Assembly (NCBI GenBank): GCA_964106915.2
Contig: OZ066914.1
From: Podarcis gaigeae
Lineage: Eukaryota
Length of the DNA stretch: 64,000 nucleotides
Direction: 5' to 3' (one strand)
In this document: positions 26,455 through 39,266 of the stretch, in pieces
Layout: every line of letters begins with the position of its first letter
Numbering within the stretch: position 1 is the first letter of the stretch
Made by a program: the position numbers and the translations under genes
Notes under the pieces: generated by a model
The model's input: the letters and a program-made list of their open reading frames with translations, nothing else
Database searches by the model: none
What the model was told of the DNA's origin: nothing

Positions 26455-26710
26455 CAGTCGTACCTCGGAAGTCTCATGGAATCCATTCCGGAAGTCCGCC
26501 TGACTTCTGAAATGTTTGGAAACGAAAGGGCGGCTTCTGATTGGCTGCAGGAAGCTCCTGCAGCCAATCAGAAGCCATGGAAGCCCTGTCAGATGTTTGG
26601 CTTCCAAAAGAACATTTGAAAACCAGAACACTCACTTCCATTTTTCAATCGTTTGGGAGCCAGAATGTTCGATGCCTAAGGCGCTTGGGAGCCGAGAGTT
26701 TCCAACACTG
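26455..26710 (+). mobile_element. Tigger-like MITE, family C, with an internal 21-bp-stem hairpin
   Basis: ta|cagtcgtacctcggaagtc start shared with the 38862 copy; perfect palindrome at 26532-26576. Confidence 0.75.
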
Positions 26711-26984
26711 GCTTCAGTGTAAGGGAGCGTCCTGCTACCAGAAGCTTTTATATTGGCTCTGTTAGATTGTAAGCCCAATGAGCACAGCCTATGCTGTTTG
26801 CTAACCTTTGGCTGTGTAAACACCCTATGTGGAACTGCAGTTTGTTAAGGCTGCTGGGAAATGTGGCTCTGTAAAGGTTAAACTATAGTTCCCAGGATTT
26901 AGGGGGGGGGGAATAAAATGTTTTAAATATATGATGTGTATGCAGTCTTTGTACAGAACCTACAACACTAGTAAGAGCTTTATA

Positions 26985-27564
26985 AAATGGTACCTCAGGT
27001 TAAGAACTTAATTCGTTCTGTAGGTCCGTTCTTAACCTGAAACTGTTCTTAACTTGAAGCACCACTTTAGCTAATGGGGCCTCCCGCTGCCGCCACGCCA
27101 CCGCCACACAATTTCTGTTCTCATCTTTTAGCAAAGTTCTTAACCCGAGGTACTATTTCTGGGTTAGCGGAGTCTGTAACCTGAAGCCTCTGTAACCTGA
27201 AGTCTCTGTAACCTGAAGCGTCTGTAACCCTAGGTAAAGGTAAAGGGACCCCTGGTCCAGTCATGGCCGACTCTGACTTTACTGGCCGAGGGAGACAGTG
27301 TACAGCTTCCAGGTCATGTGGCCGGCATGACTAAGCTGCTTCTGGCGAACCAGAGTTTCACACGGAAATGCCATTTACCTTCTCGCCTTTATCTACTTGT
27401 ACTTCGTGCTTTTGAACTGCTAGGTTGGCAGGAGCAGGGATCAAGCAACGGGAGCTCACCCTATCGCGGGGATTCAAACCGCCTACCTTCTGATCAGCAA
27501 GCCCTAGGCTCTGTGGTTTAACCCACAGTACCACCTGCGTCCCAGGTAACCCGAGGTACCACTT
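26985..27564 (-). mobile_element. Tc1/mariner (Tigger-like) MITE, family A, interrupted by a SINE
   Basis: TA flanks; degenerate cagtggtacctc TIRs; reverse complement of the copies at 15716 and 59185; tandem 16-bp ctgtaacctgaag units at about 27174-27230. Confidence 0.8.
27237..27543 (-). mobile_element. Sauria SINE inserted into a Tigger-like MITE
   Basis: Same head (gggacgcaggtggtactgtgggttaaa) and ACCTTT tail as 25094-25457; 13-bp near-TSD gtaaccctaggta (27224-27236) vs gtaacccgaggta (27546-27558). Confidence 0.85.
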
Positions 27565-28841
27565 TATAAATCCCATTGAACTGGCCAGGAATGTTTTCAC
27601 TCGGAACCATTCACAAGAGTACAGCAGCTTGGTTTTCTGTGCCCTCGTGTCACAAATTGGTAGCAAATATCCATGAGAATGCAGGTGGGGAGCAGCAGGG
27701 GTGCAGCAAGTGTGTGTGTCTGTGTTTGTGTGATGGGGGGAAACTGGGTTGCTATGTGATTCTGTTTAGAGAAGTGATGGGCAGAAGGCGGCAATGGCGT
27801 ATACATAGCCACACCCAACCAAAAATTGCTTTCGTGCTCTTAAGCTTTGTCCTTCCCTTTATTCCCCCATCACAATGAACAGGGGGTGGAATAGGTTTTC
27901 AATGACAAAAGAGCCCGGCAGAGAGCTCAAGGGAAGAAAGGAAAAGGCAAAAATGTTTTCATAGCGACAGCAAGACACCCTTCTCATTAACATTAATGGG
28001 ACATACGCATACGCATAAAAGGAGAGCAGACTCACACCGTTCCTGGCCCTTGACCAAAATGGAACCGGTCAGCAGGATTTTCAATTCATTAGGTCGATGA
28101 ATGAAGGCTTCCACTTCACTTCAAGAAAGATTCCAGCAATGAGACACTGAATTCGTTTTTCATTCCAACTTCTCCAAATTTTGTTGCCCGGGGTGAGCAA
28201 AAAGTAAGGCTGGCGTTTCATTTTTTCATCATTTTTTTTAAGAGGACACGGTGAGTGGAGTGGCTTTTCAGTATGTGGGAGGGCATTTATCTAGCCTATA
28301 GATTAAAAACTATGAGTCACATTTAGGGAAGAATAACTGAGGAAAGTTAACCCATCCGCTCCACCATCAGATGACTATATGGATGTACTACAGCATATAG
28401 GGCAGTCACATTTTGTGTTAGGTTTATATCCAGAGCATGAGTTATAAGGGATCCCAGGCCCTTTATGTTCTGAGAAAGCCCTCCTAGATACTATACTTAA
28501 AGCATACCTTCCAAGTGCCCCAGAAAAAAACAGGACATTGTGTTTTTTCTCACAAGATTTCGGTGGCCATTTTGAGTGCTGCAATCTCTCATGCTTATTT
28601 TCCTCACTTTTGCCCCACGAAAAGCACATGGGGGGGGGGGAAGAGTGAGGCATGGATTACAAGACTCACTCAGGAGTGCGTCCCAGAAGATGCACATCTT
28701 TTTCACATCAAAAAAGTTGGAAGCTATGCTTAAAGGCTACAGGGTGGGAAGCATATTTTGGTTAAAATGGGACCAAACATGAGCTTGTGGGTCCTCCTGT
28801 ACTTTGAGCACATGTCCAATACTTTTCCAAAACTTAGAAAT

Positions 28842-28843
<2 letters not shown>

Positions 28844-28874
<31 letters not shown>
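28844..28874. repeat. (GT)n microsatellite
   Basis: Direct observation; another at about 40463-40496. Confidence 0.95.
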
Positions 28875-28876
<2 letters not shown>

Positions 28877-29029
28877 GTATCAAGCAAAAAGATATTACAC
28901 AGCTTTCAGGAGATTTTCAGGTGCAGGTCCTACTGAGGTAAATGGGGTATGAGTGGTATTTGTGTTTACTAGTCACATTAATTGAAATAGTTCATTGAAG
29001 GTTATATTACTACAATACGTTATATGTGA

Positions 29030-29580
29030 GGCTGCTTCTGAAGACAGTTTAGAAACTGCAGCTGGTGCAGAATGCAGCAGTCAGGTCACTCGCCAGGGCA
29101 AGATGGTTTGAACATGAAACACCAATCCTGTCCCAACTGCACTGGCTGCCAATTAGTTTCTGGGCCCAATTCTAAGTGCTGCTTTTGACTTATAAAGCCT
29201 TAAATGGCTCAGGACTGCGATAGCTTAGAGGCTGCCGCTCTCCATATGAACCAACCTGGACCCTGAGATCATCTTCTGAGGCCCTTCTTCATGTACTTCC
29301 TCTGTGTGAGGTCCAGAGGGTGGCAACATGAGAACGGGCCTTTTCTGCAGTGGCTCCTCATTTATGGAATGCTCTCTCCAGGGAGATTCGGCTAGTGCCT
29401 TCGTTACATATCTTTAAGTGCCAGGCATAAACATCCTCTTCTCCCAGGCCTTTGGCTTCTTCAATAATCTAAACTGGGGTGGGGGGGTGTAATTGCTTTT
29501 GTTCATTACTATGGTATGTATTTTTGTGTTATTATATTGTAAACCACCCTGTGACCCTTGAATGAAGGGTGTTACAGAGA
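29030..29580 (+). mobile_element. L2 LINE 3' fragment
   Basis: Degenerate LQLVQNAA...LHWLPI..F.VLLLTYKALNG coding remnant followed by a 3' UTR. Confidence 0.8.
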
Positions 29581-29854
29581 TGAACTGGTGCTTGATAACA
29601 TTCAGCCTAAGGCTCCCACTTGGATGCCAGTGTTGGAGAATGGAAGACAATGAATCAATCAGACCTGTATATTTCTGAGATCATGTATTCATCTACCCTG
29701 TCTGGTAAGAGCCCTCCAGGTAGGGGTGGACTTTGCTACTATTGGTGCCCTGAGCTGGGCCAAAAGTTGGTGCCTCCAACCCTTGTGCCGTGCGGGTCTT
29801 TGGGAAGGGTGTGCGAGGCTCTGGCAGGGTCCTAGAGCCCTCCCTTCTCCTTCC

Positions 29855-29990
29855 CAGTGCTCCCCCCCAGAAAAAGAGATGCTGGAACTCACCATGAACA
29901 CCACCCTTGTTCTCTTATAATGGCAACGGCGCCCACCTGAGAGGTCCCAGAATGGAGTTCCGATGAGTTCCGGGTGGAAAAAAAGCCCTG
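29855..29990. mobile_element. hAT MITE (136 bp)
   Basis: Termini cagtgct / aaaagccctg; TSD ctccttcc / cttcttcc. Confidence 0.7.
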
Positions 29991-32296
29991 CTTCTTCCCA
30001 AAGTTGAGCAAGCACTAACCAGTTTTTGGGAGAGAAGGAGGGAGAACTCTAAGACCCTCTCAGAGCCCTCACACCTCCTTCCTGTAGCCAGGCAAGTGCT
30101 TACCAGCTGCCCTCTCCACTCAGCACCCAGTGTGGGGAAACTGGTTACGCTGCCCTAAAACTGCCTCTGCTCCAGGGTTTCAAGAGACTTGGGGGTGAGT
30201 CTTGGTGCTACCTCCTTCTTGTGCCATACAATGTTTTATGATGGTTTGAGACATGTTGGATTGGCCTGACAGGCAAACATGAAGCCCTGGGAAATGCAAA
30301 CTCTCTCTTAAGAATGATGACTCTTCTCCCTGATGTAACATCAGTACTTTAATAGAAAATGGGGGTGGGGGGGACTGCCCCTTTATTATGCTATACAATT
30401 TTGCTTTAATGCTTTAGAATTAGTTTGCAGCTATTGCTATGATGAATGTGCTACCCAGATAGGCTTGATATAGTCCAAGTGGGAATAAGAACCTCAGGCA
30501 CACTATATTAAACACACACTGTGGGAATTTTAAGCAACTTTGAGGGCATCCTTGCGCAAAGTCCACTGACATATTCAAACTGGAGATGCTTTATAAATAA
30601 TTAACTTTTTAAAAATAAAAATATGAAATTATGTGCCCTTAGCTGGGACTATCTTTTAATGTGCTGAAGGTCTGATAATGTGTGGGTGTTATTTGGTTTT
30701 ATGGATCACCGTTGGTTTTATTGTGATTTCATTGTCTATCTGTACTTTGTAACACGCGTCGGGTCCGTTAAGTCTGGGGGAAAATAGGCCGTAAATTAAT
30801 CTAGGTGAATAACTAAAACAAAACAGAATTCCTCATTTTGCCCCCAAACTTCAGCTCGCTCCCGTCACCTGCTGCCACCACCCCGATCATATCCCTGAAA
30901 GTCAGAAAATCTTCAGAAATGCTAGTCTCAAGTTCCTCAATCTTCAGAGGAGGCCATTCATATAAATTTAGTAAAGACAGTAATGTGTGAATCTGATACC
31001 ACCCTGACCCCACTCCACCTTCAAAAGCAACTCAGCAATCTTAAACAGTAAAATTCAAACAAAAAAAGACACCTCTGCGGCTGCCAAACAGATAGATAGC
31101 CTATGCCTGAACTCAATTTACAAAACAGGGACATCACTGTATGTTAGCCACTTTAATAGATTCAAGTTTATTTTCAGAATATACATCTACCATCAGCGGT
31201 CTGCAGAGTGGAAGCAGGACTGAATAATGCTGACTGAGAAAAGTCACCAGAGAGAGGAATATAAAGGAAGCCAATTAACCCTTTCTAGATTTTTTTTTTA
31301 AGCCCAGCAAATTCTCTTAACATTCCTCCAAAAGGTGGGGGGAGTCTAGCTGTAACACACTACCATTTTGACCATTAAAATTATTTTGGACCCGAATATG
31401 CACTATGTATTGTGTGGCAATCAGACTATGTGTGTGTATATATATATATATGCACACACAAACACACACTTAAATTCAATCCCATTACACAAGATGAAAC
31501 AATGCAGGTTGCATGTGGGCGTTCAAACTATCTAACTATTGTCAGGAAAAACGGAAAGTACCTGAGATGTCTGGCCCACGGTGGGGGTGGGGGTGGGAAA
31601 GTGTTACTAGAACAGTAACAAGCTGCAAGCAATCTATGAATCTAGAAATGGCAGTAAATAGGATTGCTTTCAGTTTATGAGCTGGTAAGCCTCTTTTCGA
31701 GAGTAGCTCATGGTGAGTGACAGTTAAAGCAGCGCTTGTGCTACATGCCAAGCGGCACAAGGCCATGAAGACGGATGGCACTAGAAGGAGCTGGGGGGGG
31801 GGCAAACGCTCGCCTGATGAAGCCACCTAGAGGGAAGATGAGCAAGCAAGAGATGGGGGGGGCAATTAGCTTTAGCTGAGTTTCCTACGTTGCAGGGGGG
31901 TTGCATTAGAAAGATGACCATTCCAGCTCTAGGATTCTATGTTTTTCTGCTTCAACAATATTTCATGATGATCCTATCCTTTTATGTGATTGTATTTTGT
32001 ATAAATAAGACACGTTCTGTTTACAAACAAAACATTTTAATAGCTACCTTTCTACCGCCAGGACGGGGTGGGGGTGGGGCCACAAGAAGGAAAGGAGGTT
32101 GAATGGGGGCCACTGTCAGAAAAAGGAAACACTGGTGTAGACAATATGGCGTGGCGCTAGGTAGATCAATTGTCTGACTCAGTATAAGGCAGTTTCCTAG
32201 GTTCAAGGTGTTAGCTGAAGGAGCGTCTCCACCCCCATCGTTTTGCCCCGACACTAAGATCCAGTGCCAAGGGCACTGTCAAAGATGAAAAAAGAG

Positions 32297-32474
32297 ATGT
32301 CAAAGAGAAAAACAACTACCAGACTTTTAAAAGACATCTGAAGGCAGCCCTGTTTAGGGAAGTTTTTAATATTTGATGGATTATTGCATTTTAATATTTT
32401 GTTGGAAGCTGCCCAGAGTGGCTGGGGAAACCCAACCAGATGGGCGGGGTATAAATAAATTATTATTATTATTA

Positions 32475-32509
<35 letters not shown>

Positions 32510-32520
32510 CATCATCATCT
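32297..32520 (+). mobile_element. L2 3' UTR/tail copy
   Basis: gttggaagctgcccagagtggctggggaaaccca..cagatgggcggggtataaataaattattatt; related copies at about 10823-10936, 11519-11620, 34778-35008 (+) and 52196-52500 (-). Confidence 0.8.
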
Positions 32521-35500
32521 TTAAAGCTCTTTGGATCCAATTTTATTTTATGTTGTTTATTTTTCCCACCATTAAACATAAGGGCCCAGGGTGCGCTACA
32601 ACAGTATCAAATTACAATTTTAAAATAATTTAAAACCAATTTTCAATCAGAAGAAAAGGGTAGGTATGTGTGTGCATCTTCAGCATGTGGCAAAAGCTTC
32701 GCAGGGAAGTGGCATGGGATTTCTGTTAAACTCCTTATCAGTAAGACCAGTGTCTCATATGCAACAGCGTGGCCCGACCACAAACCTGGTAAGAACCTGG
32801 TAAGCGGCTTGAATGTTAAAGTGAAAAACAACTCCACATAAGGTACAAGGAAGCTTCTGATGTGTGCAGTAAAAATGGGTTGAGTAACTTGTCTTTCAGG
32901 GACTGTGATTGGTTGAGAGATGCTCATGTGCTAGGATGGCAGAAGACATATGTTGCCTATATAGTGTGTGTTCTAATGCACATGTTCTCGCAGACTCTTC
33001 AAACTCTGACCTGCAATGCATTACTGGATAAAGTCTGACTGGTTGGGAAATTGGTGTGAGCCTTGTACTTAAACCCCCAAGGGGAATTTCTCCCACAGAA
33101 GGTGCCACACCCACCTCTGTGAGGAAGGCATTGTACAGCTTTTTCTCAGGCAGTAAAATATATTAGGTGAGCCCTGCCTACAGGCTTATGTCCACCCTAA
33201 GCAACCTTTGTAACTATCAGCCCAATACACTTTGCTACCTCTTCTATTCCATGTCCAAGACTGGCTGGCTTGAAAGTTGAGCTTTTCTTCAACACTGAGG
33301 AAAGGAAATGTCCTCCATTGCACCTGAGGGCAGCAGGTTAACTCAGAGGGTGCAAAGCAGGGCATATGGTCACACAGCTCCATCCTGCAACAACTCACAG
33401 TGGCTCCCTGCTCTGATGTGGTCACTTCACTCTGCCCAATGGTAGAATCGGCCCTGGTAATAAACTTTGTCTTAGTTATTAGCAAATAGTGATTTATCCC
33501 CAGTATAATGAAACATGTACGTATTAAAGGATACATGGGCCCACACAAGCCATCCCTGGCACCCACAGGGTGTCCTCTACTCAATGAAAATAGGCTTCAA
33601 ATAATCATTATGCTGTAGGTAATAGATCTGTGCTCATTTGCAGGATGTGCAAGTGGTGGCCATAGCAGCTTTTCAAACGGACCGCACAAGGTTGGCAATC
33701 CCTGGATTACACTGAGAGAAATCCATCTGATTTCAAGTGTGCTCAGCGGCAATAGCTTCTCACCTACCTTCTGGTTCCTGTTGGCCCAACGTGAGAGGCC
33801 GCTCTGATAATAGAAGCTGAAAGGATTTTTTCCTGTTCCCAGGCATCACTTGAAGGAAGATCCTGAAGAGAGCCACAGCTTGAATAGTTAGCAGAGCTTT
33901 TCATGTACTAACTGAAAATGTACTGTCTCAGTCTCGTGGCATTTGGCCAGAAAGCAGCAGGGTTCTAAATCAGCAACAATGAGAGTAAACTTCTCTTTTC
34001 AGTTTGGGCAGGGATGTCAAAATGTAAGCAGTTCTCCAGGATAAGGCAGATAATTTCAGTGGCATATGTCTCGGCTAATTCCGATCTCTCAAAATACCAC
34101 TTGCATTTATGAGGCATTATCTGTAGAAATCTAACCTCTCAAGGACGTCAACCCAGGGAAACAGATGGCTTGCAACTGCATGTTTAATCCTCAAATCAAA
34201 TAACAGAATCAGCACTTCAGAACGACTGCTTATATAGACACTTTTGTCAGGCAACGTGGCTTATAGCTGTCCATCTTGCGAAACGGGGCCCAAGTGAGTG
34301 TGTTGATGTGCAGCCAAAGAGCAAATTTGAAAAGCAATTGGCTTCAAAGTATGACTCATGCATTTCCTGTCAGAGCCCAGGCGAAATCATTTTGCCAAAC
34401 CTCTTCAGCGTGAGCGCAGCACGCAGCTACCAGCTCATTGACTATTCCCCTTAATTGATTCTGAAACAATATGGAATATGCAAACACACAAAAGACTCCA
34501 GTGGAAAAGAAGGTGGTAAGTCCCCAGTTGATACCAGCGGGCTTTGCATTGTCATTTTTTGATAAGGGTGAGGAAATTGTGCTGCTAATAAACATTCTGG
34601 AAATCACCAGAATTTAGTTATTATTTCTACATTTCATTTACTAAATTTATATCCCACAGTTCTTCCCAAAGGAGCCCAGGGCAGCACCATACAAGCAATA
34701 TTGTAGAATAACTGAGATACACACACATCACACAAAAAATCAGATAGAATTACTCATGTGTAATAAAATAAACGGGACACTGAGGGCCTTCTCGGTAGTG
34801 GCGCCCACGCTGTGGAACGCCCTCCCACCAGATGTCAAGGAATTAAACAACTATATGACTGCAATCTGAAGGCCACCCTGTATGGAGAAGTTTTTAATGT
34901 TTGATGTTTTATTGTGTTTTTAATATTCTGTTGGGAACCACCCAGAGTGGTTGGGGAAACCCAGCCAAGATGGGCGAGGTATAAATAATAAAATCATTAT
35001 TATTATTTGGTGTTCAAAGTTCCATGAATGTATGTGGGGGCTTTTTCCTGTTTCTCATTCACGTGCAAGTAAATGTGTATGGCTAAGTAACCATGTTATT
35101 AATCCATATCCTCTGACTGTCGAGGTTCATTGCAAATGGTTGATAAGATTACAAAGGTGGAGGGCAAGGTGCATGACACACAGCTCTATTCTCCAGCAGA
35201 AGGGTATGCTCAGGGAGCTCGGGAGGAAGAGCTGAAGGGTACCACCGCCTTGTAGCTTCCTCACTCTAATAGTAGGACTGGCCCTGATGCTATGGTTGGG
35301 ACAAGCCTCAGGGCAGGTACGAGCAGACCAGATGACCCTATGCACCAAAACTAAGACCTGACTTACCTAACCCTCAAGAGCTACTGCGGCTGCCTTGCCA
35401 TACCTTCCAATTTATGCATGGTTTTCCTGTTGTCATTTCCTGAAAAGGGGCAAGTAAAGCAGAAAGAAAAGTTTCAACGTAGCTAAGAAAGAGAATCATC

Positions 35501-36889
35501 TTTGCAAGTGCCAGGAAAATTAAGCCGTGAAAGGAAATCACTTAACTAGTGTGCTTATGAAACAAAGATGACACACCAAATAAAAAGTCTGAATTTGTTT
35601 GAAGAGCTTATGGGGTGTGTGCGTGTGGTGTTGTTATTTAATCCCCACTACTATTGAAATGAGCCCCTAGTCTCAAGTACTTTTCACATACCAGAGTGGT
35701 GAATTTCCACAAAGCCTGCACTGATGTTATGCATTTTCCTCCCAAGTGAAATGCTCTTCAGTAAGTAAACATGAGTATTAGATTGTGCTGTAGCTGGAGA
35801 CAATGAGAAAACCCTCCATTTCAAAATACATCAGAAAGTAAATCATTTTTAAAAGCTTTGTAGGGTTGAATCTCTCACACCTGAGAACAGGCCTGGCGTG
35901 GTTTCCTTCTTTGCTTCTCATTTGCCTATTGTGCTTGATGGTACAAAACAAGTTACATATTGTATTACAATTGTGTTGCATATAATGTAGCAGCTACTTG
36001 AGTGCAACCTTCAACAATTGCCCATAACTGTAAAGGCTATGTTCAGCATTTTGGTACAAAATTCCATTTGGAACACTTCAGAATGGATTTTATTTCTAGA
36101 TCATTCAAACCACTCAGTGGTCCCTGCAATTGCTAATGGTCAGTGGCCAGGGGTGATGGGAGCTGTAGTCCGGCAATATCTCAAGGACCACAAGCTCCTC
36201 AGCCCTGCTTTATAGCATAGTAACTGCAACAGCTTGGTTGTTTTCACATTGTCCACTTTCGATTGCAAGGACCTCTCTGTGTTCCCTATGTAGCTCTGTA
36301 AGATATCACATACACTGGTGGTGTGGCAATAATAATAACAGCAACATCAATCCAGTATTTGTCAACATAGGGCGTATACTCAGTATGAAATTACTGAATG
36401 AAACGTGTGACAAAGAGGCCATATATGCAATGCAAACTGACTTAGCTGATGTGACCTTGTCTCCATTGCCCTGTTGGGTATCATTGCCCTTATGGCAAGC
36501 ATAACTAGACTCCACTGGACAAAACAAAAGCAAAAAAAAAACCACCCAGCTTGAAAAATTTAAAATTAAAGGTTTTAGCACAAAAGATAAAACTCATCCC
36601 ATTTCCACCAAAATATTAACAAACCTGTGCACAGGCAAACACAGAAGTCTAAAAGGCAGTATCTTCCGACTTCCCTAAATAAATAAATAAAACAGGTGTG
36701 TGATTTATTACCTATGCCAAGAAGTCATACATTGAATGGTTTAAAAAAGCAAACCAATTTTGCCATGTGGGGATTTATGAGTGCAAGAACATTTTATGGC
36801 ATACCCAGATCAGTTTCTCATAGGGCAAATGTTTTCTTGTGGGGAAAACGAGATGGATGTCTGTTTAATTCTAAGGATACCTCCACAAT

Positions 36890-36920
<31 letters not shown>

Positions 36921-38861
36921 CATACCCCAAAGGAGAAAATTCAGGGTGAGGTTATTTTTAAAGCCCTTGAGTTGCAGGATCCAAGCCAGGAGCAGGGTCT
37001 CTTATTAAAACTGTTAACATTCTAAATACTTTCTCACGTTAAAAAAAGAAAGACAGACTATTCACTTTAACCATGATGAGCTCTAGTTCCCAGATCATGC
37101 TCTGTCCCAAACTAGATGCAACACATCAGTCTTCCCTATATATATTTTTGGACAATAAGTCCCATTAGCTACTGCCCTTCAACATCCGGAGGGCACTGGG
37201 TTACAGAAGGCTGTAATACATCATGGTTGTATGTACCATTAAAATAAAATGAAAAGCAGAATCAGACACTTCCACTTTCAGGAGAGGAATGAGAGGGGTG
37301 GGGATGCTTACCTATTTCCCCAGCTGCTTTTCTACTCATAGGAAGGGATGATGGGAGTTGTAGTTCAGCAATGTCTGGGGGATCAAAAGTTCTCAGTCCC
37401 TGCTCTAATTTATTAAATGTTGCAGTTGCATTGAATTGGTAATATTCTAGGGGTGGTGGTTGTAACAGCATTTATTATTCAAGCCGCACAGTGTTTTATT
37501 TTATTGCATTGCTAGAAATATTGATATAATCCTTTCCCCCATTGTCTTAATATTACTTTTGCCAATAACTCACAGATTTCGGCTGCAGCCTTTTAACACT
37601 TACCTGGAAGAACGTCTCACTGAACTGGAAGGGGCTTTACTCCAAGTAGACATTAATAGGACCACACTGTTCAGGTCTGGATACTGTCCCCCGGAAGTAG
37701 CCCCTCAGCTGTAAGTAAAATAAAAAAACAAAACAAATCCAAAACAGTTAAATGCACTTTGGCAGGAAATTGTTGAGTGGGTTTAACTTACAGCGATAAA
37801 CAATAAATAATATAGTCTCTCTCTCTGAACACTACAGAGGCACGTGCATTCTCTTCCATTGATTTTATCACTTCATCACACACAGCAAATCTGAGTCAAC
37901 ATGAGTGGCAAGTCTCTGAGGTAAAAAACGAACAAGTCAAGGCCATGGAAGCAGATCACATGCTTAGGAATTTGTCTATTGTAACCATAATGAGGTGGCC
38001 TATTGACTCCAAGGAGACAATTCAGATATACAATGTGCCCAGTAAGGAGGTAGTGGATGTCTCTTTTTCTCCCCATCTCTCCCCCCCCCCCCGCCCCTGC
38101 CACATCCTCCTAGAGTAAAACATAAGTTGAAGAGGTGAGGAACATTTTAGAGAGGCAGGTAGAATGATACATGCAGATACCACAGGCATCAGTGCACCCA
38201 CCAGCACTTCCCATGGCACTCACAGAAAGTCCATCTCTTTTTTAAAAAGCATTTTTACAATTTATATACTCATCATTTATCTCTTGTCCTTGGGCTTCCC
38301 AATCCATCTCTCCATGGCAATTTAGATAGTCTTTTGTCGGCTGCATATTCTATTATTCCACCCATTTTTGTCTCAAATCTTTCTTTATTTAGTGTTCTCT
38401 GCTGCTCATATGTTCATTCCTACTTGTAGGTTAAATGGACTATTATACCCTCTAAGACACTTTTGTAGAGTACCCACGGAAAGTCTCATTAAATATCCCC
38501 TCAAAAATCCGCAATGCAAGAGAGAAAGCTTTTTCTCCCTTGTCAGTTCCTGTTTGCGGTGGCCTGGCCTATCAAACAGTGACCACACCCGCTTAAAAAT
38601 ACTCAAATTTCACTGGATGCCAGGAGTAGACAGCCACCCACCCTCCTTTGTGTTCAGAACAGAGGAGACTATTTCTCTCCATGAGAGAACACAGTGGTAG
38701 TTGATGTTGTTGTCTTTTTTTCACTGGGGAGTGCTGATGGGGAACATGTTATGCCATAACATGCATGACAGCCATTTTGAGCTATGCCATGGTGTCATTG
38801 TCCATTATGCCACATCCCCATGACAACCATTTTGTGATTGGCATTATTATTATTATTATTA

Positions 38862-39266
38862 CAGTCGTACCTTGGAAGTCGAATGGAATCCATTCCGGAA
38901 GTCCATTCAACTTCAAAAACATTTGAAAACCAAATTGCAGCTTCTGAATCAGAAGCCGCAGAAGCCCCATCGGCTGCACTGGTGGAGAAAGAGGAGTGTG
39001 GGGGGAGTGCGATCCTGGTAGGGTGCCATCGCGGCTGCCCCCCTGCCCACACTGGGCACCACGACCCTGCAGGCAGCGTGCCCTGCCACCAGGACACGTG
39101 CCACGCCTCTGCAGGCGGCGCATCACACCCCCAGGATGCGCACCAGCCCCGCCAACTCTCCGCCCCTCATTGCATGAAGCTCCGCAACTAATCGGACATT
39201 TGGGTTTGTGGCATTTGGGAGCAAAATGTCCGAGTTCCAGGGCATTTGGGATCCAAGGTACAACTG
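38862..39266 (+). mobile_element. Tigger-like MITE, family C, interrupted by a GC-rich hAT MITE
   Basis: ta|cagtcgtaccttgga ... tccaaggtacaactg TIRs; homologous to 26455-26710. Confidence 0.75.
38977..39190. mobile_element. GC-rich hAT (Tip100-like) MITE
   Basis: Degenerate termini cactggtggag / ctccgcaacta; partial 8-bp TSD atcggctg / atcggaca. Confidence 0.55.

Noticed and set aside
27174-27230. CRISPR-like short direct repeats
   Set aside because: 16-bp tandem units inside a Tigger MITE with no unique spacers and no cas genes; the DNA is eukaryotic.
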